The position numbers were made by a program, and so were the translations under genes. The notes beneath the pieces are model-generated. The model saw only the letters and a program-made list of their open reading frames with translations. It did no database searches and was not told the origin of the DNA. This document shows positions 11,060 through 22,269 of a stretch of DNA of 64,000 nucleotides, in pieces. Source of the stretch: Paragordius varius (lineage: Eukaryota > Animalia > Nematomorpha); NCBI GenBank assembly GCA_964247055.1, contig OZ176054.1, positions 3,782,001 to 3,846,000 of the forward strand, in the 5' to 3' direction. Each line of letters opens with the position of its first letter. Positions within the stretch are counted from its first letter, which is position 1.

Positions 11060-14000
11060 TATGTGCCGTATGTAATCCTGAGAGCAAGGTTTTATATTGC
11101 CAAAAACTCCGCTTTACCTCTATAGTTATTCAATTATGTGTTTTAAAAAAATATTAAAATATTTAAATTACTTCGTTTTTCAATCAATTGCGCTAAATAT
11201 ATTAAATAATTATTATTATTAGAAAAAAAATATATTTTATAAATTAAATTTTTACGTTTAGGCGTAGTTTCATAGGTTAGAATTGTTTCATCTGCATCTT
11301 TAAAAATATATATGTATTAATAATTGTAACTTTTTTATGTGAGTGTCAAATTTATAATATATTTTAACATCGCGTTATGCGCGTATTTACTGAATATTTT
11401 ATGGGACAATTATGTTAGGTCAATACCCTTGCGCATAAAGAGAGACAAGGCCGAAATAACGATTAAAAACGGCAATTTGATTTGGACATAAAGTTTTCTG
11501 TTTATACATCTAATTTTTTATTGCGTTCCCAAAAATCATGGTTAAATGTTTGAAAATGTAATATTTATTTTTTTATGTCGACTCGCTGACTAGGAAGGTA
11601 CCACTTAGCAAAATTTTATTCAGATATAAACTACTGAAGAATATAGAAGTACATATTAGTAAATTCTACACTTCAGTATTAGAGGATTTAATACCTCCAG
11701 TTTGGAAAAATGCTTAAAAGTTTAGCTTGACGATTTAAATAATCATAATTAATCACCATTATTATAATATAATCTATCTACCTCTTTTAACAACTATCTT
11801 TTGCTCTAGATAATAGGAATAAAAAATATTAAGTAATTGAATCGGAAATAATTATAATCCAATATATGTAATTTAGAATAAAGCAAGCTATGAAATATTT
11901 TCTAAATACCTTCATCTTCGCCTAAAACATATAATAATTTAATGAAAAAAAATGTTAATAAATTAACTTTTTTTATTATCAAATCTCTTTGCTGGGAACG
12001 ATCGTTTATATGTGTTGTAAATTTTATATCATTTAATAAAATTTCAAATAATTAGACTCACGTTGTTTAACACAAAAATTTATATTTGAAATATATAGGA
12101 GACATTTATTAATTAAAAAAAAAGTGTCAAAAAGATATTTTGTATATTTTTGTCCATTTTTGCATTTAGAACCCTAATGTCGAAATTTTAAAATTGGATT
12201 AATTAATATTATAGTATGATACCATCTTCATCATCATAATCTTCTATATCATAATCATCTTCACTATTCTCATCCATACGTTTATTTATCCCTAAAAAGC
12301 ATTATAGTTAAACTTTACGATTTTAATTTAATCAGTATTTTATACATAAAAAAATTCTAATTAGTACCCATAGCATAGAGTTATAATTTTTGGAGTTAAA
12401 TACTAGCTTAAGGTTTAACCAGATCGGTATACGATGAAGGTTTGCCCGTTTGGCCATCATAATGAATTAAAATTATATATAATCGAACGGGAATTGTATT
12501 ATTTAACTAACTTATATTTTAATAAATTAAAACCATAATAGTATATTTTATATTAAATGGTGGCATCTATTAATTACCGCTTTTCGAACTTTCTTAAAAA
12601 GATGGTTAAATGTTGGCTTTAATTAAAAATCAAATTAAAAAAATTATATTGAGAAATTTACAAAGTTTCATAGATAATTATTCTAATTATTTGGCTTCTT
12701 ATTTAAATTTTGTAGATTTAAAAAATCTTATGACTTTCGAGGCACATTGTGACAATTAGATGTTTTATAGATATCGTTGTGATTAATTTTATGCAGAAAT
12801 GATTGATCTTTTTATAAAAATTATATGTTTTTGTAGGTTTATATAAACATAAGTCAATTGCAATACTAAATATATGGGTATTATGAATTTTTAATAGGTG
12901 ATGCTTATATGTTAAATCTTTTCGAGTTATATGTTTTAAAAATAGGGTTAATGACGTTTGATACAGGATATCAATGTTATAATTTATTCAAAAGATTGAT
13001 TTTGAATATTTATTGTGACATTGGCTAAATATAGTAAAAATGGTTTATATAGTATATTTTTTTAATTTTTAATATGGGAATGCTTTTGAAAATTTTGGTC
13101 ATTTTAGAATATCATGAAATAAATACACCAACATTTAAATAAGTATTATGACTTCAAAACATAATAATATATTTACCTCTTTTGGCAACTATTTGCTCGT
13201 CTGTTCCTAAAGAGTACAGAAAAAGCAAATTAATTTATATATTGAATTTTATTTGTTATTAATACATATGTTTAATTTTAAAACAAGATTTGTGTGATTT
13301 TATAATCAAGCATTTTATATTTAAACATCTACCACTGTCATCGAACCATATGATTAAAATATCTTACCATAATCTTCAGGATAATCTACAATATCCTCAT
13401 TCTCATTATCACCATGCATACGTTTAATCATATCTAAAAATTATTTTAGAGTGAAAATTGAAATTATACAGACAAAACGTTAAAATATTAGACAATTTTT
13501 TTCAAAAGAGATATAAAAATGTCTTTATGTTTACACACTTTGTATAATTTCATTTTATTGTAAATTTACAATCAGTTAATAAAATTTGTTAATTAAGATA
13601 AAAATTTGTAATTTCTAATATTATAATACTGACTTCCTTTATCGACGACAACATTAGCTTCATGTCCATCTAAAATTATTAATAAAATAATTAATAAAAT
13701 ATGTAATTAATATACTTTATAGCAGGGTTACCAACGCAATTGGCTTTTTAGAGCAGCATTAAAAAAATAACAAATGAACATAAACAATTATTTTAATACA
13801 TTATATATACATGGGAGGGCAAAATGATGTGTACCTCGATATATTAACAAATTATTTAATTTTATGTTATTTATTCCGTTAAAAATTTGGAAAGACTTAT
13901 TCAGATTTTTTAAAAAATAACTTAAATTTAACCTCTATAAAAAATATTTGTAATTAGTTATTTTTGAGGTTTTCATCCATAAAATTTTTTAATGGATATA

Positions 14001-14458
14001 AACTCTAAAATTATAGTTATTACCTTAAAGAACCCAAAGTAATTTACAAAATCCAATTTAATAATAATCAGTTAGGCATAATTAATTAAAGGCCCTAAAA
14101 ATAACACTTTACTGAACAATGAATGGTGTTAATAAAATTATAAAATATTTTATTTCGTTGGTGTATTGTTTGCAACTTCTCTCTGGCCGTACAAAATATT
14201 TGGAAGGGCCGCATGAGGCCCGCGGCCGAGTGTTAGATACCCCCTGCTTTAGAATATTCTCTTAAAAATAATTAACATATGATAGATAAAATATTAAAAT
14301 ACCCATATTGATGCTCTTGCTTTCTGAAACATGAACTAGAAAATTAAAGAATATCATCATATATTATTTCAGATAAATATGAAATTTAAACATTAATTTT
14401 TACCATAAATAGCCAAAGCCACGAAGCAAAAAAGCAAGAAAAATGTTACAGTTTTCAT
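11060..14458 (-). CDS. Uncharacterised secreted peptide precursor encoded by symmetric phase-1 micro-exons; 3' end unresolved (candidate exons near 10897-10951 and 10200-10220)
   Basis: Exons (minus): 14404-14458 (MKTVTFFLLFCFVALAIY, signal peptide), 14303-14323, 13634-13669, 13368-13433, 13177-13206, 12223-12291, 11910-11921, 11782-11805, 11256-11297, 11060-11119. All are AG/GT bounded, all internal exons are multiples of 3 in phase 1, and they join into a stop-free reading frame. Confidence 0.75.
13723..14246 (+). mobile_element. hAT (Buster-type) MITE in intron 2 of the micro-exon gene
   Basis: CAGGGTTACCAAC...GTTAGATACCCCCTG termini. Degenerate 8-bp nnnTAnnn TSD (ctttatag/ctttagaa). Subterminal ggcccgcggccg. 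Confidence 0.8.
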
Positions 14459-15395
14459 CTTTGTGGCTGAATTGGGATGTCAGAATAAGTCAGGCAAAAA
14501 ATATGAATTATATTAAAGTGAAAAATGATTTTGATTTTTAATTAATATTGTATATAACTAAAAATCTAAAGAAAGGGTCAACATTTGTGTAAATAATAAT
14601 CTTTTCCGTTTTTTTCAGGAATAAATGAGTTATTCTATAACATAACCTCTTTTATAAAAAATTAATTCCCAAAATTTCAATATACCATTTGTGTAAATAA
14701 ATTTTTGTAATAAACAATCTATCGTATGAGTAATCAAAGAAATTTTTATTTTTTGGTAACTTGTAAAATATATTTTTCATTTCTCCAACCCTAATAATTA
14801 TATTTTTTTGTAAAAAAAACTGTAACTAACGCTGACATGCAATTAATTTTAAAAATTGCAATTGATAGTTAGATGAGACATAATAGAAATTGTATTTAAA
14901 ACCGGGCACATTTTAATTTAAAAAGTATTTTTTTAAATTATAAATAAAATATGTGTGAAATATTCATTATTAATATTACTGGAATTAACTTTTTTCTAAA
15001 TAACCATTTATTCAAATTGGTATTTTATTTAAAAAATTATAAATATTTTATTAGCTAATTGTTTGGTATTGCGATTCGAAACGACGATTTTGATTAAAAG
15101 TAGTTTATATTTTTTCTTTGAATTAAAACATCATGCCGATACAAAATTTTAAAAAGTACAAGGCGTAAAAAAATTTATGAGAGGCCTAAATACATGAATG
15201 ACGATTACTAAGTTGGATAAAAACTTTTTTATGATGCATATTACCCCACCTGTTAAAACAAACCGGATGGCGGTTCAAATTAGTTTATAGGTTGGCAAAT
15301 TTTGGTTTACAAGGTTATATCGATGGAAAATAGCGACCATCTTTGCATATTTAATATAAAACGCTATAAAGTTGCCATCAATATATATATATATA

Positions 15396-16857
15396 CAATT
15401 TCCCAGTCTAAATAAACGTTTTCCCAGTCAATCGAAACAATTTCCCAATCAATCGAAACATTTTCCCAGTCAATCGAAACGTTTTCTCAGTCAATCGAAA
15501 CATTTTCCCAGTCAATCGAAACGTTTTCCCAGTCAATCGAAACATTTTCCCAGTCAATAAAAACGTTTTCCCAGTCAATAAAAACAATTTTATTTTCAAT
15601 GATAAATATCAAAACAAGAATATAAAAACAACTTTTAACCATTATTAGCGTAATATATGGAGATAATTTTTAATTAAAAACGCAATTATTGAATGACAAT
15701 TTTTCCAAGTATATTCCAGTGCACAATTATTAATGACTTATTTGAATGTTATATTTTTGGAATTTGAGTTAAGATAATATTTTTTATTTTATCGATGGTT
15801 CGCATTAATATATGCGGCTAACTTAAAAAATCTATGGTTACGGAGGAATTAATAAAATTTATAAAAATACACCATTTTTTTCACAAAGGTCATTTAAAAC
15901 TTTATATTGGATCTTTAACATAAATTTTAGGCTAATTTTATAATATTTAACATTTGGTTGGGGGCCTAAGGCGGCCTTCCGAGTATTTTGTGCGGCCCGC
16001 AAAAAATTTGAAAATCCATATGCAAAAATATGCCCACAAAATCTTAGTAATATTCATATTTCTTACGCAATTATTATGAATGAATCTATTAAATTGGTAA
16101 TGAATTAAAAAAATTGTTATATTGTGTTTGTATTTTACAATCTTATTAATCGAAAAATTATGTGAATGCCTCTATATATTTTTAATGGGGAACCGTGTGC
16201 TTTTTGAGTTAAAAATGCCGCCCGCGAAGGCATTTAGTTACATTCTTGTTTTAGTCAAATATCCTTTTTATTAAATATTTATAAATCAAAAAGATTTTTA
16301 TCAAAATTTCGTTTAGATATTTTTTCCGACAGTATTTTTATCGACAAACCGGACAAATTTAAAAACTATTTGAAGCATTCCGCATACATAAATGCGAACC
16401 ATCGATAAAATAAAAAATATTATCTCAACTCAAATTCCAAAAATATAACATTCAAATAAGTCATTAATAATTGTGCACTGGAATATACTTGGAAAAATTG
16501 TCATTCAATAATTGCGTTTTAAATTAAAAATTATCTCCATATATTATGCTAATAATGGTTAAAAGTTGTTTTTATATTCTTGTTTTGATATTTCATTGAA
16601 AATAAAACCGTTTTTATTGACTGGGAAAACGTTTTTATTGATTGGGAAAATGTTTTTATTGACTGGGAAAATGTTTCGATTGACTGGGAAAACGTTTCGA
16701 TTGACTGGGAAAATGTTTCGATTGACTGGGAAAACGTTTCGATTGACAAAAACGTTTCGATTGATTGGGAAAACGTTTCGATTGACTGGGAAAACGTTTC
16801 GATTGATTGGGAAAATGTTTCGATTGACTGGGAAAACGTTTATTTAGTCTGGGAAAT

Positions 16858-16859
<2 letters not shown>
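15396..16859. mobile_element. 1.46-kb foldback element inserted in (TA)n, with arms of about 420 and 480 bp carrying 21-bp tandem arrays (tttcccagtcaatcgaaacgt)
   Basis: Arms 15396-15817 and 16380-16859 are near-perfect inverted copies. Termini CAATTTCCCAG / CTGGGAAATGG are flanked by (TA)n. The spacer holds a degraded Buster-like MITE (gcggcccgc, about 15955-16230). Confidence 0.88.

Positions 16860-16892
<33 letters not shown>
16860..16892. repeat. (TA)n microsatellite flanking the foldback element; others near 3170-3190 and 15381-15395
   Basis: Uninterrupted TA dinucleotide run. Confidence 0.95.
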
Positions 16893-16895
<3 letters not shown>

Positions 16896-17492
16896 ACAAT
16901 GAATTTAATCGATCGAATCAATTTATCGGTTAAATTTATTAATATAAAATTATATAAGAAGAATCGGGCTAATAAACTCGCCCATACTCTCATTATGTCC
17001 ATGCTCTTTTTTCTAGTCAAACCCTTAATGACACCCAAAAATGCGAAATTTTTTCAGTTTAGTTGTGGATAATTTTCAAACTCCTTAAACAAGCATCTCT
17101 AATTAGGAGAATAATATTACGTCTTTATCCTTTGAATTTTTATGTGAAGAATACATTTTATAATTTCTATTTCAGGTGATAAAAAATATACTACTAAAAG
17201 GTTTAAGTTATATGTTAATCGAACAATATAAAAAAATTTATTATTTACAATTTTATAAATTTTAGAGTTTAGGATTTGTAGCACCCGAATCCACTTTTGA
17301 AAAACAGCTGAATTTATATTGAGATCATCAAAAATTTGCAATATATTCAAAAGCCTGTTTATTTTATTGCATAATATATTTTTTTGTCATTTTGGGTACT
17401 TTTATTAAAAAATTTGGAGGTCAAAAGCTTTAGATAAAAATTTTTTTCAACTTTACATTTTCGGAAATACTTTTTGTTTAATTCGTCTAAAA

Positions 17493-18898
17493 CAGGGATG
17501 GCCAACCTTTTTTCCCGGGGCTACTTTTTTGGGAGAAAATTTCACGCGGGCCCGTATGAATATTACATTTATCACTTTACAATATATATCTCTATTTACC
17601 GATCGGGATCATTAGCACAGGCCATTTTAAAATAAAAATTACAAAAAATGATTATTTTGGGGTAGTTAGTTTTATATATAATCTTAATTTTATCAAAATA
17701 TATGATTCAGAAGACCTCTGGTTGTCACAATTAGTGTACAAATACTAAAACATTTACATTATTTTATTTATTAAATTTACAATGGATAATTAACTGGACA
17801 TCTTACGACGGATATTGGATGATTGAAGTAAAAAATGGATTGTAGCTCTTGGCAAAGATCTTCAAAATTTACCAGATTTTGGATTACTGCATTCCAGAAA
17901 TAATGATATACTTTAAAATAGTCGTCAAATCAAAAAGAGTGTCGCGCCGCAGTTTTAAGTTTAGTTAAAATAAATTGGTGTTGACATAGTTAACTTGTTA
18001 ATACAGATGAAAGATGGTTAAGTCGTGCTGCATTTTTAGAAAGTTTAAGTCAATTTTTACTACAACTACATCTATTTAACAGACGAAATATTATTTATAT
18101 CCACAATTAAAAGATGTAAATTCGCTGCTTGGTCTTGCTTTTTGAGATGCAATCTCTCAAAAAAATTGCACATTGCAGATCAATTAAAAACAGTGATTTA
18201 AAACATTTTTCTAATTTGCCGTAATCCGAAATGTTTCTTTTAAAAATGTCGATGATATTGGAGAAAAGATATTTGTCAATACATAAACACGAATACATTT
18301 CCATGTTATATTTCCGTTTGATAATGTGTAATGTAAAATAAAATACTCTACCATTTTCTTAAAGCAAATTTGCCAGATTTGGATGTCAAATAAAAACTAA
18401 TCAGAGATCATTAACATTTGGAATTTCGGTTACAATTTATCTTGATGTCATATGAACTAGATGTGTAAACACCTAATTTTTTTAAAAATATTTAAAAAGA
18501 TTGATTATCCCATAATTCAGAAAGTTTTTCAAATTTGGGTTCATATGAAGTCAGCGCTATTCTCAGGCAAAATTCCAAATGTTTCAATAAATCGTGATCT
18601 TTTTTTAGTTTTAATGACATTCATATATGAAAAGGCCGATACATAAATATGTGGATCCAAAAACAGAATTGAAAAGTGCATTCCAAATATGTGGGTATTT
18701 ATTTGTATTTCAGTTAGTTAAATATTAATTTTTGTTAACAGGTAAATTTTTTCAACAAATAAAAAAAATTTAAAATTTTGTGGGAAAAAAATTCTATGCA
18801 AAAATATTTTTTACATTTTTTATAAAATTTTCAGGCGGTCACGTTTAGAAATCTCGCGGACACAGTGTCGACCGCGGTCAACTGTTTGGCCACCCCTG
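17493..18898 (+). mobile_element. Internally deleted hAT-Buster transposon with transposase relic
   Basis: TIRs CAGGGATGGCCAAC / GTTTGGCCACCCCTG. TSD gtctaaaa/ggctaaaa (7 of 8 match, nnnTAnnn). Relic peptide ERWLSRAAFLES at about 18009-18045 resembles the hAT (T)EVRWLSRG motif. Confidence 0.88.
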
Positions 18899-19471
18899 GG
18901 CTAAAAGATAAGCATATATTTGTCCAAAGATACTTTTAAGATAGTTTTTGAAATCGCAAGGGTAATGGAGTGTTTTAGTTAGCATGTTTAACACTATGCA
19001 CCCACATTTTATAAAATGTAATATAGATTATTTTATTATATAAATTATTTACTATATCAATACATTAGCTCAAATAACCTCCAAATTAAATGCAATCTGG
19101 TTAAACATTCATTATTATATTAAGTAAAAACGTATTGTTCGGGAATAATTTTTATATTTATAAAATCAGATCTATATTTTATACGAATAGGTTGGATTAG
19201 AAGCCATTTAACGTTTAAACCAGCGAGACTCAAAATGCGGTCCAGATCATTTTTAGGAAAATGATGTCAATTTGACTAAGAAAAACTTATAATAATCGTA
19301 TAAAATCAATAAATTTGGAATTTCGTCAAAGGTTATATTAGCTGATAAAACTGCGGCATCTTCATGCGTCGGACAGAACATGTATATATTACAATTGTGT
19401 TTAACATAATTTATAGAATTTTATCCAATATATATGTCCAATCCAATATGCAACCTTGATTTTAACCAACT

Positions 19472-20051
19472 CACTTGGATACAACACAATCATTTCAGTC
19501 CTTCGATTCGAATTGGGGTAGTTAGATACCCCAGGCGTGTTAAATATTGAATAATTAAAAAAATATGAAATGAATTGAAACCATGGTAAAATTTAGCACC
19601 TATAAAACAGTAATAAACCGAAATATATAAAAAAATTCATTTGAAAATATTTGATATTACTTATTTTTACGTAAAACCTCAAGGTGAAAATTTGGTCAAC
19701 ATGACATTTGTTTATTAGTTAAATTTAAAAAATAATAGAAAAAAACCACTTTTTCTGTTTCTATCAATGTTAGATGTGATTTAAATAAAAATTTGGCTTT
19801 CATTTTAGCTTTAAAATCAAATAAACACGATATTTTGCAAAAATGTTGTAAATTCAAAATGGCGTCCAAGTAGTTTGATATGAAACTTTTCTCAAAACTA
19901 AATTTCATTTAGATATTTCGGCTTATTTATATGATTTTCATTAGAATAGAAGCATAAATTTAAATTGGGACCGTTTCCTTCAGTAGTTTTTTAAAGATTT
20001 TAACTTAAATATAGTCTGGGGTATTTAGATACCCCAATTTGAATCGAAGTG
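19472..20051 (+). mobile_element. piggyBac-like MITE (about 580 bp) with CAC...GTG termini and TTAA target
   Basis: CACTTGGATAC...GAATCGAAGTG|TTAA. Internal repeat cttcgattcgaattggggta is offset at the left end and terminal at the right end. Confidence 0.75.
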
Positions 20052-21731
20052 TTAAATATTTTAACATTTCTCCCTGCTTGTTTATGTCCCATAATTTAAA
20101 ATACGCTATTAGTCTTAATTTAACAGGGCATAATTGAATGTAGAATTAAAAAACCGCATCTCAAACCTTTAGCCACCAATATTTTTTATTATGATAGTTA
20201 TAAAACTGGCAAAAATAAATGTAAAATTTAAACAATTGACAAAAATTCACGCCGTCGATATAAAATCTGCTTTATATTAAGATATCAGCAGATAAAAGAA
20301 CTTTTTAGATTTGGTCAAAAATTGATATGATAATCGAATAAGCGTAATAATTTAAAAATTATACTCAGGATATTATTAGCGAAAATGCAATGACATTATT
20401 TATATGGTTAAAAATAAAATAAATTAATTTAAATAGTTTACACATTGCAGCAAATTTTTAAAAATTGTTAATTTTAATATATATTTTTTCAAGTAAATTT
20501 GAACGCCGTTTTTAGACTTTAAAGATTGGAAAACTGTAAAAAGTTGCGTTTTTTTTCACACAATGCTAACAAAAAATAACCTTAAGTATATATACACTTA
20601 TAAATAACGTATATGGTGCTTTTGGTTTTGGAGATTACGAAAATTTAAAAATATTTTTTGGGTTTTTTAAATGCTCCATAATCACAAAAATAGCATTGAT
20701 AAATTTGGCGATAAAGGCTTCATTCCAAAAACATCTTTAAATATGTCCAAAATTATATTTAAAAGAGAAAACAATATTTAGCCTCAAAAGTCGCCAAAAT
20801 TTAGACCATAATGGGCAAGCTTCTTAAAAAACGCAAAATTTCAGACATGTTGTAATAAATATTTTTATTATATGCCAAATCATGTCATCAAAAAAATAAC
20901 GTTCGAAAAAATGCATACTTTGTTTAAATTCTTTTTTAGTGAAAAATTGTGTATTAGAATATAGTGTTGAGCATGGTCAAAACGGTATCAAACACTTTAA
21001 AATATTATAGAAGTGCTTATTCTGTATAACTGATAAACATTTATCTCGCATAAGTTTCTGATTATTTTATTGTCTGTAAATTTTAACTGGATATAAAGAT
21101 CTAAAAAAATCATAACTTTAAGGACGAGCAGTTATTTTGATAATATTTTCAGAACATTTATTTTATATCGAAAGAGTGTTTTTATAAGACCATAAAATGT
21201 TACCATTCAAAACACTAAAATAAGATTACATAAAATTTATAAAAATATATTTTAACAAAATACAGATAAAATATATGGAACTTTATGTTAAATGTGTCAT
21301 AGAAATAATAAATTAATAAAAATGCGAACGGTTTCGGACGCTATAAATGATGTCCATCGTCAGCATTAAAAAGAATAAGATAATGGATGTACGAATAATC
21401 GTTGTTCTTTATATACAATTTTTTTAAAAATATTTATTGTTTTATTTTATATCCAAATAATAAGTTAAATTTTGTCACAGGGAGGGTAACAATGCCATAT
21501 AGTGTCCGAAATCGCGCTTTTCATTTATTTATTATTTTATTAAACACGTTTATTAAATTTCCATACATTTTATACAATTCACGTGGCGAAAATGAATTAT
21601 AATGGTAATGAACGGATTGGTTATGTTTTGTAATAACAGTTGTTAAAATCCGTAATATAATGATAAAGGATAATTAAATACAATTAAATGAAATTATAAA
21701 TAGAAATTATAAACGACATGTGAAACCCTTC

Positions 21732-21797
21732 GTCAATAGTAATCGCAGACTAGTTTCGTGCTTGTTAGCACTCATCAGTACGACACAACTATTTGAC
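21732..21797 (-). ncRNA. Minimal type I hammerhead ribozyme
   Basis: Minus-strand RNA: GUCAAAUAGUUGUGUCGUA-CUGAUGA-GUGCU(AACA)AGCAC-GAAA-CUAG-UC^UGCGAUUACUAUUGAC. The core is intact, stem II is 5 bp, helix III is the palindrome ACUAGU, and stem I is extended. Confidence 0.88.
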
Positions 21798-22269
21798 TTG
21801 GAGTTTTCACATATCGATTTCGTATATATATCCAACTTTGCAATTTTGGTATAAATGCAGTTGGTCATACGAATTTAAATTAAATTTAATGTAATTTATG
21901 AAAATTAAACTGAAAATTTGAAAATAAACTGAAATTAACTCTAGGGGTGAGCCTAGATTTAGATATTATAGAAATATATAAATCTAAAAAAAAAATTTTA
22001 TGTCTGGTCTAGCATACACTTTATAGAAATATTGTTTTACTTATATAAATCTATGAATGAATGTTATTTGGGAATCATTTAACTTTCATAAAAAAATATT
22101 TAACATAATGTGTGCAAATTTTGCCATTTTTCGATTTATTAACAAAAAAGTAGTAATAGCTTTTAAAATCATTGGTGAGGCCCAATATCAAAAGTACCAT
22201 AATGCTGCTCCTTTATCTACAGAAAATATATATCCAATTATTTTTTGTTTGCTCTGTGTTATCATTAGT

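Noticed and set aside
15372-16847. ORFs with FPSQSKR / LTGKTFR repeats, and a possible CRISPR-like array
   Set aside because: The 21-bp units are head-to-tail with no unique spacers, lie in inverted transposon arms, and the DNA is eukaryotic with no cas genes.
19180-21660. Short coding-like stretches as a Penelope GIY-YIG/RT near the hammerhead
   Set aside because: Multiple stops in all frames and no diagnostic motifs recognised.
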